From assembly GCA_964409335.1 (NCBI GenBank), contig CAYPCW010000004.1, forward strand, positions 12,745 to 76,744: a stretch of 64,000 nt of DNA, given 5' to 3'. Source of the stretch: an uncultured bacterium. GTDB lineage: Bacteria > Fidelibacterota > Marinisomatia > SCGC-AAA003-L08 > JACNLC01. The notes under the pieces are model-generated. The model saw only the letters and a program-made list of their open reading frames with translations. It was not told the DNA's origin and searched no databases. The stretch's first letter is position 1. The number at the start of each line of letters is the position of its first letter. This document shows positions 11,320 to 21,244 of this stretch, one piece after another. The position numbers were made by a program, and so were the translations under genes.

Positions 11320-11350
11320 CAAATTTAGGAACACTGTTCAACCCCGGCAA
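11320..11350 (-). promoter_or_regulatory. Putative housekeeping promoter of the act-cox operon
   Basis: Minus strand reads TTGCCG-17 nt-TAAATT(TG) in the AT-rich mutS/actA intergenic region. Confidence 0.55.
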
Positions 11351-11485
11351 ATAAAATTTTCTTTAAATTTCACTTCGTTAAAGCACAATTTTTAAACATA
11401 TAGTTATTATTAATTGTTTTGTTTAAAAATTAGCAGTCCTAAACAATCATTTTAGGACATTTTAATCCATTAATTTATCAATCTG

Positions 11486-14080
11486 TTATTTTTCAGAGTG
11501 TTTTTTTATAAGTTCGTCTAGCTTAATTAAGGCCTCCATGGGTGTCATGCGGTTTATATCCAATTGACTGATCTCCTGTTTCAGGGCATCATCCCCGCGA
11601 GAGAACATATCTACTTGAGATGTTTTCATGACCATCAGAGAAGCTTCGGGGCATGTATCGGTATTCCCCATTAGTTTTTCCAGAACCAAACGTGATCGTT
11701 CGATGACGGCAGGAGGAAGTCCAGCCATTTCAGCCACATGAATCCCATAACTTTTATCCGCTCCGCCCGGAATAATTTTTCTAAGAAAAATCACCCGGTT
11801 TCCAAATTCTTTAACGGCGACATTCAGGTTGAATGCGTTTGGAAGTTGTTCAGCCAGTTCCACCAGTTCATGATAGTGGGTGGCAAATAATGTTTTTGAT
11901 GCAACTTCCGGTTTGTTGTGTAGATACTCGGTCACAGCCCATGCAATGGAAAGTCCGTCGTAAGTGGAAGTCCCCCTTCCAATTTCATCCAGGAGGATTA
12001 AACTTTTCGGAGTAGCATTATTCAGAATATTGGCGGTTTCGTTCATTTCGACCAGGAATGTGGACTCCCCTCCTGCGAGGTTATCGCTCGCCCCGACCCG
12101 TGTAAATAACTTATCCACGATCCCGATTCGGGCATGAGATGCGGGAACAAAAGATCCGCATTGCGCCATGAGAACAATCAATCCCACCTGGCGGATGTAG
12201 GTGCTCTTTCCCGCCATATTGGGACCGGTGATTACGCCGATTTGGCAATTTTCCGTATCCAAATGAACATCGTTGGGGATAAACTTCTCACCCACCGGTA
12301 ACAGCGTTTCCACCACCGGATGCCGGGAATCTTTAAGTTCAATGATATCTGATTCGCTGATTTCCGGTTTGACATAATCATTTTTGTCCGCCACCTCTGC
12401 CAGGGCAGCGGCAATATCCAACTTGGCCATGATCTGTGCATTCACCTGAATTGCTTTTGCTGATTTGAGAATATACTCTTTTAGTTCGTCGAAAATATGA
12501 GATTCAATTTCGGTGATTTTCTGGTCTGCTGATAATATTTTTTCTTCGTATTCCTTCAGATCAGGAGTGAAATACCGTTCAGAATTCGTCAAAGTCTGTT
12601 TTCGGATATACTGCTCCGGGACCTTTTCCTTATGAGCATTCGTGACATCAATATAATAACCAAAAACTTTGTTATAAGCGACTTTCAGACTGGAAATTCC
12701 GGTGAGCGATTTTTGTTCGGCTTGATATCTGGCAATCCATTGTCCTGCATGGTCTGAAAGATCACGAAATTCGTCCAGTTCAGGCGAATAACCGGGCCGG
12801 ATATACCCGCCCTTTGTCTGGTTCACCGGAGGGTCTGCAATCAGCACATCCCTGCATCTCTCCACCACATTTCCCGTATTTTCACATTGTGACATTAATT
12901 TGTGAAGCGCAGGTTCATTTTGGGTGAACACTCCGGTAAATACGGGAATTTTAGATAGTGAGACGCCTAATTGAGACACATCCCTTGGTGTTGCCCGGTT
13001 TGCAGAGATTTTAGCGATAATCCGGTCAATATCGGACACGGATCGCAACTCCTTCCGGACTTCAGTCAGCATGTTTGCATCACTAAAAAATTCATTCACT
13101 TGCTGAAGACGTATTTCAATTTTTCCGGTATTGTACAGGGGCCGTCGAAGGATCTGTTTTAACCGCCGACTGCCTGCCGCCGTGATGGTTTTATCCAAAA
13201 CGCTGATGAGTGTCCCGTGAATACCCTGGGAAGACAGCGAGTTAAATATTTCCAGGTTTCTCAATGTGAACGAATCCAACCCCATATATCCGCTATTCTG
13301 CATTAATGAGATCGTTGTAATATGACCTGCCTCATTCTTAAAATTTTCTCTGACATAATAGAGAACTGCGCCAGCAGAAGAAATTGAAAGGGGATAATCC
13401 TCGATTCCGAATCCTTTGAGATTGGCAGTGACGAAATGTGTTTTCAGCAATTCAAATGCGGTGGAGTACTCATATATCCAGTCCGGGATCCCGGAGAAAA
13501 ACAGGTTTCGTGTTGTGAAAATTGCCTTGATCTTTATCTCCTGACCTTCAGGATACAACAATTCTGAAGGACTGAACTGCCGGAGTATGTAATTGATTTC
13601 GGATTCCTGCCATTCGCCTGTAAAAAATTCTCCCGTAGAATAATCCAAAATGGAAATACCGGCTTTCCCATCTGAAATGAACACACTGGCGAGGTAATTA
13701 TTCTCCCGTTGATCAAGGTATTTATCGGTTAACGCTGTCCCCGGAGTGACGACTTCAACCACATCCCGTTTCACGATTCCCTTCGCTAATTTCGGATCTT
13801 CCACCTGTTCACAAATTGCAACCCGATATCCGGCTTTTAACAGTTTAAAAAGATATTGATCCAAAGCGTGATAGGGAAATCCCGCCAACGGAACGGTAGA
13901 AGCCGCCCCATTTGCCCGTTTGGTGAGCGTGATTCCCAATACTTCAGAGGCAATTTGGGCATCTTTCTCAAAAGTTTCGTAAAAATCGCCCATCCTAAAC
14001 AGAATCACTGAGCCGGGATGTTTTTTTTTCGCTTCCCAGAATTGTTTCATAACGGGAGTTATGGTCGTTTTTTTTGTCAT
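11486..14080 (-). CDS. mutS: DNA mismatch repair protein MutS (MutS1)
   Basis: GDFYETF mismatch-binding motif, ITGPNMAGKST, DEIGRGTST, FATHYHEL. Confidence 0.98.
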   Translation of the reverse strand: MTKKTTITPVMKQFWEAKKKHPGSVILFRMGDFYETFEKDAQIASEVLGITLTKRANGAASTVPLAGFPYHALDQYLFKLLKAGYRVAICEQVEDPKLAKGIVKRDVVEVVTPGTALTDKYLDQRENNYLASVFISDGKAGISILDYSTGEFFTGEWQESEINYILRQFSPSELLYPEGQEIKIKAIFTTRNLFFSGIPDWIYEYSTAFELLKTHFVTANLKGFGIEDYPLSISSAGAVLYYVRENFKNEAGHITTISLMQNSGYMGLDSFTLRNLEIFNSLSSQGIHGTLISVLDKTITAAGSRRLKQILRRPLYNTGKIEIRLQQVNEFFSDANMLTEVRKELRSVSDIDRIIAKISANRATPRDVSQLGVSLSKIPVFTGVFTQNEPALHKLMSQCENTGNVVERCRDVLIADPPVNQTKGGYIRPGYSPELDEFRDLSDHAGQWIARYQAEQKSLTGISSLKVAYNKVFGYYIDVTNAHKEKVPEQYIRKQTLTNSERYFTPDLKEYEEKILSADQKITEIESHIFDELKEYILKSAKAIQVNAQIMAKLDIAAALAEVADKNDYVKPEISESDIIELKDSRHPVVETLLPVGEKFIPNDVHLDTENCQIGVITGPNMAGKSTYIRQVGLIVLMAQCGSFVPASHARIGIVDKLFTRVGASDNLAGGESTFLVEMNETANILNNATPKSLILLDEIGRGTSTYDGLSIAWAVTEYLHNKPEVASKTLFATHYHELVELAEQLPNAFNLNVAVKEFGNRVIFLRKIIPGGADKSYGIHVAEMAGLPPAVIERSRLVLEKLMGNTDTCPEASLMVMKTSQVDMFSRGDDALKQEISQLDINRMTPMEALIKLDELIKKHSEK

Positions 14081-14143
14081 TTATTCTTTAGGGGATAAAA
14101 TGGATGTAAATACAGGTAAACTCCCGGGCTGGTTTGATCCATA

Positions 14144-16024
14144 TCACGGTATTCGTTTCCGGCCCCCGGCGGTACGATACGTGATTTTTTGCTGATCAAA
14201 ATATTCAAGCAGCGGCATGGCATATTTTCTCGATGTTTCCGCTAATTCTTTAAAGTCACCGACAGACAGTAGATCCTGGTGGTCAAAAAATGAATGAAGT
14301 TTGGATTTCAAATTTTCGAAATTCCGACGAGTGAACATGAGGTACCCTTCCACACGGAGGATCTTCCCCTGTTGTTCCGCGATATCCATCAAAAGTTTGA
14401 TCCGCTTTTCCGGTTCTTGTAACTGGTCTGCCAATTCGCTCAGCTTGGATGAACTGAATTTTTCCTCATCCAGCAGTGTGAGAAGTTTCTCTAACAGTTC
14501 ATTCTCAGAGGATGATAACTTAATGGCATGTCCCGGTGGATAATAAATTTCCCCCTCATGAGAGAGCATACCGCTATTCACCATAGAATCCAGGATAAAC
14601 TCCAGGAAGCGTATATCTGCCTTGGTTTTCTGCCTGATCTCTTCTTTTTGTAGTCCCAACCGATATGAATTATTAGATAAAAACTTTTGGAGTTCATTAT
14701 TGATCTGTTCTTCAAGCGCTGCTACGGTGGATGAAGCGACCAGCCACCGGTCGGTTTTGTATTGAATCCAATTTATGCGATCGTCCAAGTTCACCTTTGA
14801 ATCCAGCCATTGTGGTGAACGGCTAAAAACCAGTTTGGCACGTGTTTCATTCAGGGGTCTTGCGCCCCAGCTTTGTATCATTTTTACCAATCTGTCTTCG
14901 TACGTCCCGTAGAAGAGATTTTTCACGAGATTCGAAGCGGTTTTCAATTTATCATTGATCATATTGAGTAAAATTTCACCCCCACCGATAGTATCTGTTG
15001 GGGAATAAGTTCGAATTATATATTTATCTCCCCACCCGGCGATCAAAGGGGTTTCAAGCGCATAGATGACCGGACTTTCTTCTCCTGGTTTGAGGCTTGA
15101 TTTGTCAATGATAAAAATTCTCGCCATCACCTCCTGAGTACCCAGATGTATCCGCACCCTTTGGTTCTGTCTGACCGGTTTTTGAGTCCGCGACAATAGT
15201 TTTAAGGTCGCACCTATCTGCGTTGTGGGTTGAAAATAACCGGGTTCCGCCAACACATTCCCCCGGGAAAGGTCCTCGCGCCCGATCTCGACATTGGTTA
15301 GATTTATCGCTGCCCGATCACCCAGTTCAACGGTATTCACCGGGCGATGGTGACTCTGCAAACCTCTCACTTTTACCAGTTTTCCCTGTGGCAGCATTTC
15401 AACAGTATCCCCAATGGACAGACGACCGGAGGAAACCGTTCCGGTGGTCACCGTCCCAAATCCTTTGATGGAAAAAACCCGATCCACATTTTGACGGAAG
15501 AATCCGTAATCTGACTTCTCATTGATCCGACTTTTTAACTCCAGGATGGTTGCGGATAGCTCCTGAATACCGATATTTTTAACAGCAGATGTATGAACTA
15601 CCGGTGCATTCTGGAGGAAGGTTTCTTTCACCAGCTCATGGATGTCGGATTCAATGAGCATCAGCCAGTCTTCATCTGCAAGATCGACTTTATTAAGGAC
15701 GATACATCCGGTTTTTACGCCAAGAAGACTGAGGATATCCAGATGTTCTCGGGTTTGGGGCATGACGCCGTCGTCTGCTGCAACCACCAGCAATGCAGCA
15801 TCCACACTGCTGACGCCAGACATCATATTTTTTACAAATTTCTCATGTCCCGGTACATCAATGAGGGTGATCTGTTCGGACAGGAATGCAAAGCCAAGGT
15901 CAATGGTCATTCCCCGTCTGATCTCATCCTTTAATCGATTGGTATTCACACCCGTCAAAGCCTGCACCAATGCCGTTTTTCCATGATCAATGTGTCCGGC
16001 TAATCCGATGATGATTTGTTTCAT
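14144..16024 (-). CDS. selB: Selenocysteine-specific elongation factor SelB
   Basis: GHIDHGKT, RGMTIDLGF, DVPGHE, C-terminal winged-helix SRKYAMPLLEYFD; ATGA overlap with selA. Confidence 0.97.
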   Translation of the reverse strand: MKQIIIGLAGHIDHGKTALVQALTGVNTNRLKDEIRRGMTIDLGFAFLSEQITLIDVPGHEKFVKNMMSGVSSVDAALLVVAADDGVMPQTREHLDILSLLGVKTGCIVLNKVDLADEDWLMLIESDIHELVKETFLQNAPVVHTSAVKNIGIQELSATILELKSRINEKSDYGFFRQNVDRVFSIKGFGTVTTGTVSSGRLSIGDTVEMLPQGKLVKVRGLQSHHRPVNTVELGDRAAINLTNVEIGREDLSRGNVLAEPGYFQPTTQIGATLKLLSRTQKPVRQNQRVRIHLGTQEVMARIFIIDKSSLKPGEESPVIYALETPLIAGWGDKYIIRTYSPTDTIGGGEILLNMINDKLKTASNLVKNLFYGTYEDRLVKMIQSWGARPLNETRAKLVFSRSPQWLDSKVNLDDRINWIQYKTDRWLVASSTVAALEEQINNELQKFLSNNSYRLGLQKEEIRQKTKADIRFLEFILDSMVNSGMLSHEGEIYYPPGHAIKLSSSENELLEKLLTLLDEEKFSSSKLSELADQLQEPEKRIKLLMDIAEQQGKILRVEGYLMFTRRNFENLKSKLHSFFDHQDLLSVGDFKELAETSRKYAMPLLEYFDQQKITYRTAGGRKRIP

Positions 16025-17427
16025 TTTACTAAGCTTAATATTGCAGCGGTAATGAGGGATTCCTGTCCAGGCAATACTGCTTTCAGATCAATCCGGAAAC
16101 GGTTACCCGAGATGTATCCTAATACTGGTGTGTCAAGATTCCGGAAGCGATATGCCAAATCAGCCGCAGACCGGTCTTGGGGTGAAAATACAATTGCCAT
16201 ACTGGGGATTTTCTCGGTGGGTAGAGAACCGCTACCGGCTTCTACATAAGATGGGGATATATGGATTCCGTGTTCTGTTAAAATTGCATTGTCAATGGGA
16301 TCTAATATTTCCCCGGCGACCAGAACCAAATCCTGCGGGGTTCGCTGAAGTAACCATAAAGTGAGATTGTTCGGGTGGATATCTGTGGGTTTTAAATAGG
16401 TTCTCAGGGTTTCATCCAAAATGGCATGGGTCATCTTATCTACGCGAAGTGCACGGTACAGAGGATTTTTTTGGAGTTTGTTCACTATGGATTTTTTTCC
16501 GCAGATAATTCCAGCCTGTGGTCCGCCCAGGAGTTTGTCTCCGCTAAAGGTAACTATAGTCGCGCCACCCCGGATAAATTCACACACCTGAGGCTCACGG
16601 GGAAGCCCCAATTGAGTGAGATTGGCGATGGCTCCGCTGCCCAGATCCATTAATAATGGAATTCTCTTCTTTTTGCACCACCCGGACAGATCCCTGAATT
16701 CTACCTGATGGATAAATCCTTCAATTTTAAAATTGCTTGTATGCACAACCAAAATAGCAGCGGTTTGATCCGTGACCGCATTCTGATAATCCTTCAGGTG
16801 GGTTTTATTGGTAGTGCCGACTTCCTTCAAGATACATCCGGATTTCAGGATCACATCGGGAATTCTGAAGGAACCGCCAATTTCAACCTGTTGTCCGCGG
16901 CTGACGATAACCTCCTTCCCTTCGGCGATGGTGTTTAACATCAGTAGTACTGCAGCGGCATTATTATTAACAACCAGGGATGACTCGGCTCCGGTCAGTG
17001 ATTGTATTAACTCCCGAACAATCCCGGATCGTTCACTCCTGTTTGCAGTCGTCAGGTCCAGTTCCAGATTTATATATCCGGTAGTTTTCGTACACACATC
17101 TTCCATGATTGCCTTCGAAAATGGGGCTCTACCCAACCCGGTATGCAGGATAATCCCGGTACCGTTGATGATATTTATTAGTTTTGACGAATGGTCATGG
17201 TTTATCTGTTTGACTACCTGTCCAATGATGAAGTCGGGAGTAAGGGTTCCCGAATGGCCCTTGATGATGGATTCTCTGATTTCTGCGAGGAAATTGCGTA
17301 TTGATGACCTGACCAGAGAGTACGGAAGATTGGGGATTTTTCCTGATATTTTACTTAAAATCACATCTACGGAAGGAATTTGTCTAAGGCGATCCTGACC
17401 GGGTTTTTGTTTTTTCAATGCGTTCAT
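16021..17427 (-). CDS. selA: L-seryl-tRNA(Sec) selenium transferase SelA (alternative start at 17490)
   Basis: LRQIPSVD, INGTGIILHTGLGRAP, VNNNAAAV, EIGGSFRIPD, PLP-Lys motif SGDKLLGGPQAG. Confidence 0.97.
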   Translation of the reverse strand: MNALKKQKPGQDRLRQIPSVDVILSKISGKIPNLPYSLVRSSIRNFLAEIRESIIKGHSGTLTPDFIIGQVVKQINHDHSSKLINIINGTGIILHTGLGRAPFSKAIMEDVCTKTTGYINLELDLTTANRSERSGIVRELIQSLTGAESSLVVNNNAAAVLLMLNTIAEGKEVIVSRGQQVEIGGSFRIPDVILKSGCILKEVGTTNKTHLKDYQNAVTDQTAAILVVHTSNFKIEGFIHQVEFRDLSGWCKKKRIPLLMDLGSGAIANLTQLGLPREPQVCEFIRGGATIVTFSGDKLLGGPQAGIICGKKSIVNKLQKNPLYRALRVDKMTHAILDETLRTYLKPTDIHPNNLTLWLLQRTPQDLVLVAGEILDPIDNAILTEHGIHISPSYVEAGSGSLPTEKIPSMAIVFSPQDRSAADLAYRFRNLDTPVLGYISGNRFRIDLKAVLPGQESLITAAILSLVK

Positions 17428-17534
17428 TTGAATTGGGTTGACATCATAAAAATGAAAAACTTCCCTTCGATAGAGAGTAGAAAAATACATCGGGTGATTT
17501 CAATCTCACAAACGAAAGAACGACGAGTGGCGGG

Positions 17535-17562
17535 AATATGAAGTTTCATCACGGAAAAGCAA
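17535..17562 (-). promoter_or_regulatory. Possible selA promoter
   Basis: Minus strand TTGCTT-16 nt-CATATT in the MFS/selA intergenic region; imperfect match. Confidence 0.3.
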
Positions 17563-17630
17563 GTATTGGCGGAATCGTGAAAAATCAGAGGATAGCCGCA
17601 CTCTGGTAATTTTGAATCAGACACCAACCA

Positions 17631-18791
17631 TTATGCGTCGGGCTTAGGTTCGATGGGTCGACGGGATATCCAAAGCGCAAGCAGGACAGCGGGCAACAAC
17701 ACAATGGTCAGTGAGGGAAAAATGTATCGAATTTGAAAGTATTCTCCGATATAACCACCTGCAGTGGCTGCGAAAGACCCTATACCAAAACCAAGACCTG
17801 ACGAGATCCCGTAGACCATACCCCGATTATCTCTGGGTGTAATATCTGCGATAAGACTGTTTAAAACCGGTTGATATGAAAAATTTACTGCGCCAAGAAG
17901 TCCTGCGGCAATCAGCATTACCCATCCCTGTGAGAACCCCATGATCAGCATGAATGGAATATTTAATCCTACGACCCACACCAACAGGTTTTTTCGTTGA
18001 AAATATTCACCCAGTTTGCCACCGATCATTTGACCGAAAATTCCCAGCATTAAAACCATCGCCGTTAGGACGCCCCCCCGGGTGACTGCATTTAAAATGC
18101 CATGGATACTTTCTGAAAAATAAATCGGCATAAAATTAAAAATACCATGATGCGCAAACCCCCAAAGTGCGGCGATTACAAAAACAGTATTATGGACCGG
18201 ACGGATCGTATTTTTAAAGGATAAAGCGTGCGGATTTTTAATGATCACATCCTTGCCTAATCTGAGGACGGAATAGGTACCCCCCAGGAGAGCGAGGACA
18301 CCTAGCAGAATGTATGCAGCCCGCCAATCCATGAAACCGGCGATCCCACCACCGATTAATGGACCGAGTGTTAACCCGAGACTACCTGAAATTCCGTGGA
18401 TCCCCATATTCCGGCTGACACGGTGGGTGTTACTGATAAGGCTTAACCCAGCGGGATGATAGAGCCCGGAAAACAAACCTAATAATCCGAGTCCTATGGC
18501 AAGCCCGGAAAAAGTATGAGAGATTGAGATCAGCACAACCGAAAGGGAAATTCCAAAAAAATAAATGGTCAGAACGTTTCGTGGGCCGATCCGATCTACC
18601 AGATATCCAGCGGGAAAAGCCGTCAGACCGAAACATAAGAATTGAATGGTTCCTAGTTTACCTAAGGATACCAGGGAAACCTCGAAATCGCCTTTGAGGA
18701 CGATCATGATTGCCGGGAAAATCAAGGTAATGCTATGGACTAAAGCATGCCCGATACTGGTGGGAATTAAAATGGAGCCTGACTGATTCAT
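17631..18791 (-). CDS. MFS transporter (Fsr-like subfamily)
   Basis: About 12 TM helices, motif A GYLVDRIGPR, GLYHPAG, GSLGLTLGPLIGG. Confidence 0.9.
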   Translation of the reverse strand: MNQSGSILIPTSIGHALVHSITLIFPAIMIVLKGDFEVSLVSLGKLGTIQFLCFGLTAFPAGYLVDRIGPRNVLTIYFFGISLSVVLISISHTFSGLAIGLGLLGLFSGLYHPAGLSLISNTHRVSRNMGIHGISGSLGLTLGPLIGGGIAGFMDWRAAYILLGVLALLGGTYSVLRLGKDVIIKNPHALSFKNTIRPVHNTVFVIAALWGFAHHGIFNFMPIYFSESIHGILNAVTRGGVLTAMVLMLGIFGQMIGGKLGEYFQRKNLLVWVVGLNIPFMLIMGFSQGWVMLIAAGLLGAVNFSYQPVLNSLIADITPRDNRGMVYGISSGLGFGIGSFAATAGGYIGEYFQIRYIFPSLTIVLLPAVLLALWISRRPIEPKPDA

Positions 18792-18794
18792 TAA

Positions 18795-18830
18795 ATAAAA
18801 AAGCTCCCACTTATGGTCAAATGGGAGCTT
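18795..18830 (-). terminator. Intrinsic terminator after rplS
   Basis: AAGCTCCCA...TGGGAGCTT 9-bp stem followed by a T-run on the minus strand. Confidence 0.8.
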
Positions 18831-18849
18831 ATATTGATTCGATAATGAC

Positions 18850-19194
18850 CTACAATCGTTCTTTAATACGGGCGGCTTTCCCTTTTAATTCTCTCAAATA
18901 GTAGAGTTTTGCCTGTCTGACTTTTCCTCTGCGAACCACTTTAATGGAGTCGATATTGGGTGAGTGAAAAGGAAATATCCGCTCTACGCCGACGCCGCTT
19001 GAAATTTTTCGAACGGTGAACGTTTTATCAATCCCGTGACCGGCAGACATGGCGATCACGACACCTTCGTACATCTGAATCCGGGTCCGGTTACCTTCTC
19101 GGACTTTTACACCGACAGCCACGGTATCCCCGGATTTAAATTCAGGAATATCTGTTTTTAGGTCTTTTTGAGTTGCTATTGCTATTTTATCCAT
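18850..19194 (-). CDS. rplS: 50S ribosomal protein L19
   Basis: [41 protein letters not shown]. Confidence 0.99.
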   Translation of the reverse strand: MDKIAIATQKDLKTDIPEFKSGDTVAVGVKVREGNRTRIQMYEGVVIAMSAGHGIDKTFTVRKISSGVGVERIFPFHSPNIDSIKVVRRGKVRQAKLYYLRELKGKAARIKERL

Positions 19195-19196
19195 TT

Positions 19197-19910
19197 TTAT
19201 TCCGCTTCTTTTGGTTCTAAATATTTTTTAAATAGGTCAGGTCTGTTTTTTTTTGTTTTCTCAATCTGATTAACCAGGCGCCATTTGGCAATTTTTTGAT
19301 GATGCCCTGATAACAGAATTTCCGGTACGGTCATTCCATCAAATTCCTCCGGTCTCGTGTAATGCGGTCCATCCAGTAAGTCATGCGTAAATGAGTCGGT
19401 CTCCGCAGATTCAAAAGTGTTGATCACACCTGGAATCAATCGTATAACCGTATCCAAAATTACCATTGTGGGTAATTCCCCACCCGTCAGGACGTAATCG
19501 CCAATAGATATTTCATCCGTCACATACCGATCGCGAATCCGTTGATCGATCCCTTTATAATGACCGTGAATAAAAATCAGTCTTTCTGCTTTTGACAAGT
19601 TTTCTGATATTGTTTGATTCAACAGTTTCCCGTCAGGCGAAGGAAAAATAATCCTGACATTTTCACCGGGAAGTGCATCCGATCGTGCGGCTTCAATCGC
19701 ACGGCTCAATGGTTCAGGTTTCATTATCATCCCGGAACCGCCTCCGAACGGATAATCGTCTATCCGGTAATGAGGCGGATCAGCATACGAAAACAGATTG
19801 TGCACCACATACCTGACCATTTCCTTTTTCCCGGCAATTTTCAGTATGCTTTCATCGATAATGGCATTGACCATATCCGGGAATGGTGTAATTAAATGGA
19901 CGGAGATCAT
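19197..19910 (-). CDS. trmD: tRNA (guanine-N1)-methyltransferase TrmD
   Basis: [39 protein letters not shown]. Confidence 0.98.
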   Translation of the reverse strand: MISVHLITPFPDMVNAIIDESILKIAGKKEMVRYVVHNLFSYADPPHYRIDDYPFGGGSGMIMKPEPLSRAIEAARSDALPGENVRIIFPSPDGKLLNQTISENLSKAERLIFIHGHYKGIDQRIRDRYVTDEISIGDYVLTGGELPTMVILDTVIRLIPGVINTFESAETDSFTHDLLDGPHYTRPEEFDGMTVPEILLSGHHQKIAKWRLVNQIEKTKKNRPDLFKKYLEPKEAE

Positions 19911-20434
19911 ATTTCTAAAAAACCGTCAATCAATTTTACAGTCACCCTATGTTTCTCAAAGTCAATAAGCCGGATGAATTCGTCTACCATTGGGATCATA
20001 ATTTCCTTTTCCTGGACATCCGCCACAAGCATCTCATTAGCCGGAAACGTCAATATATCTTTCACAATCCCTATGTATTTGCCGGATTCATCTATCATTA
20101 AATACCCAATCAGATCTGCGATATAATAATCGCTGTCTGATACTGCGGGAAACATACTTCTTTCAACCGAAAGCATGTACCCGATGATGGGTTTCACATC
20201 ATCAATTGTTTCAAATTCTTCAAACTGAACGGTTGCAAATTTGAGTGTGTACCGAACCGACCTGATGCGAACATTCCTCTTCTTCCCTCCCTCATATTCT
20301 AACCTTGCGCTCAGATGAGGCTGCAGAGTTCTTGAGGAGGGATTAAATAATATGATCTTCACTTCACCCCACAGTCCGTGAGGTTTTACGACCTGACCGA
20401 GTTGAATGTACTTTCTGGGTTGGGTATTATTCAA
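19907..20434 (-). CDS. rimM: Ribosome maturation factor RimM (likely TTG start at 20434)
   Basis: GQVVKPHGLWGEVK, YYIADLIG, MIPMVDEFI; canonical position between khpA and trmD. Confidence 0.93.
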   Translation of the reverse strand: MNNTQPRKYIQLGQVVKPHGLWGEVKIILFNPSSRTLQPHLSARLEYEGGKKRNVRIRSVRYTLKFATVQFEEFETIDDVKPIIGYMLSVERSMFPAVSDSDYYIADLIGYLMIDESGKYIGIVKDILTFPANEMLVADVQEKEIMIPMVDEFIRLIDFEKHRVTVKLIDGFLEI

Positions 20435-20660
20435 TAATTTCGAGAATCGCCCTCTTTCCGCCTGCTTTTGCATTTGCCGCAGAGAGGAGGGTCCGAATCG
20501 CACTTACATTTTTACCATGTTTCCCGATCACCTTGCCAAGATCATCCTTTACAACGGTTAGTTCAAAAATTCGAGTCGTGTCGCTTTCAACCACTTTCAC
20601 ACTCACGTCATCGGGGCTATCGACGATTTCTTTCACAATGTGCAATAGTAACTCTTTCAT
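20427..20660 (-). CDS. khpA: KH-domain RNA-binding protein KhpA
   Basis: DLGKVIGKHGKNVSAIRTLL (GxxG KH motif); located between rpsP and rimM. Confidence 0.95.
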   Translation of the reverse strand: MKELLLHIVKEIVDSPDDVSVKVVESDTTRIFELTVVKDDLGKVIGKHGKNVSAIRTLLSAANAKAGGKRAILEIIE

Positions 20661-20739
20661 TGTTCCACCTTTGTTTTTGTTAACCTTACTCCAGTATTCA
20701 AAACCAGATTCTTAATTATTAAGAATCAGATTCTTGAGA

Positions 20740-21231
20740 TTATGCTTTGATATCTTCTGTGCTGTTATCAACGACGGCCACATCTTCAGCTTCTTCAGAA
20801 GGCTGATCTTCTGCCTGTATATTTTCATCCTCACCCGCGGAAACTTTTACCAGTTCAATAGTTGGCGGCATGGGGGCGTCTATCTGGCTTTTGGCGGTCT
20901 CTACGCGTTCAGCCTTCGAGGTTTCCCAGGCTTCCATGGCGAGGGAAACTTCATCCTCACTTTTGCCCATTCGGATAAGATGCATCCGATAACTGATACC
21001 GGTGCGCCTCATAATACCGGATACCGTATCAGATGGAATAGCCCCCTGCCCCAGCCAGTAGATCGTCCGATCAGATTCCAGATGAAGTTTATTTTTGCTT
21101 TGGAGGGGATCATACCAGCCCAGCGATTCAATTTCCCGACCATCCCGGCGAGTATGGGAATCCATCACAACAATACGATAAAACGGACGCTTTTTTCGGC
21201 CGGTTCTTTTTAAACGGATTTTTACTGACAA
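20740..21231 (-). CDS. rpsP: 30S ribosomal protein S16 with acidic C-terminal extension
   Basis: VKIRLKRTGRKKRPFYRIVV, RRDGREIE, WLGQGAIPSDTV; TTG start after AAAGGT. Confidence 0.98.
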   Translation of the reverse strand: MSVKIRLKRTGRKKRPFYRIVVMDSHTRRDGREIESLGWYDPLQSKNKLHLESDRTIYWLGQGAIPSDTVSGIMRRTGISYRMHLIRMGKSEDEVSLAMEAWETSKAERVETAKSQIDAPMPPTIELVKVSAGEDENIQAEDQPSEEAEDVAVVDNSTEDIKA

Positions 21232-21244
21232 AGGTTACCTTTCT

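Noticed and set aside
11229-11485. FNR, CRP or Rex box upstream of actA
   Set aside because: Only half-sites (TGTGAT, TTGTGC) are present, without a correctly spaced palindromic partner.
16808-17398. 196-aa ORF antisense to selA
   Set aside because: Shadow ORF of a conserved gene, with no motif or RBS.
17491-17630. tRNA-Sec (selC) upstream of selA
   Set aside because: There is a TTCAAA and a small CAGAG/CTCTG hairpin on the minus strand, but no acceptor stem, T-arm or cloverleaf could be built.
20740-20990. Long acidic C-terminal tail on S16
   Set aside because: Such extensions are common in FCB and other phyla.
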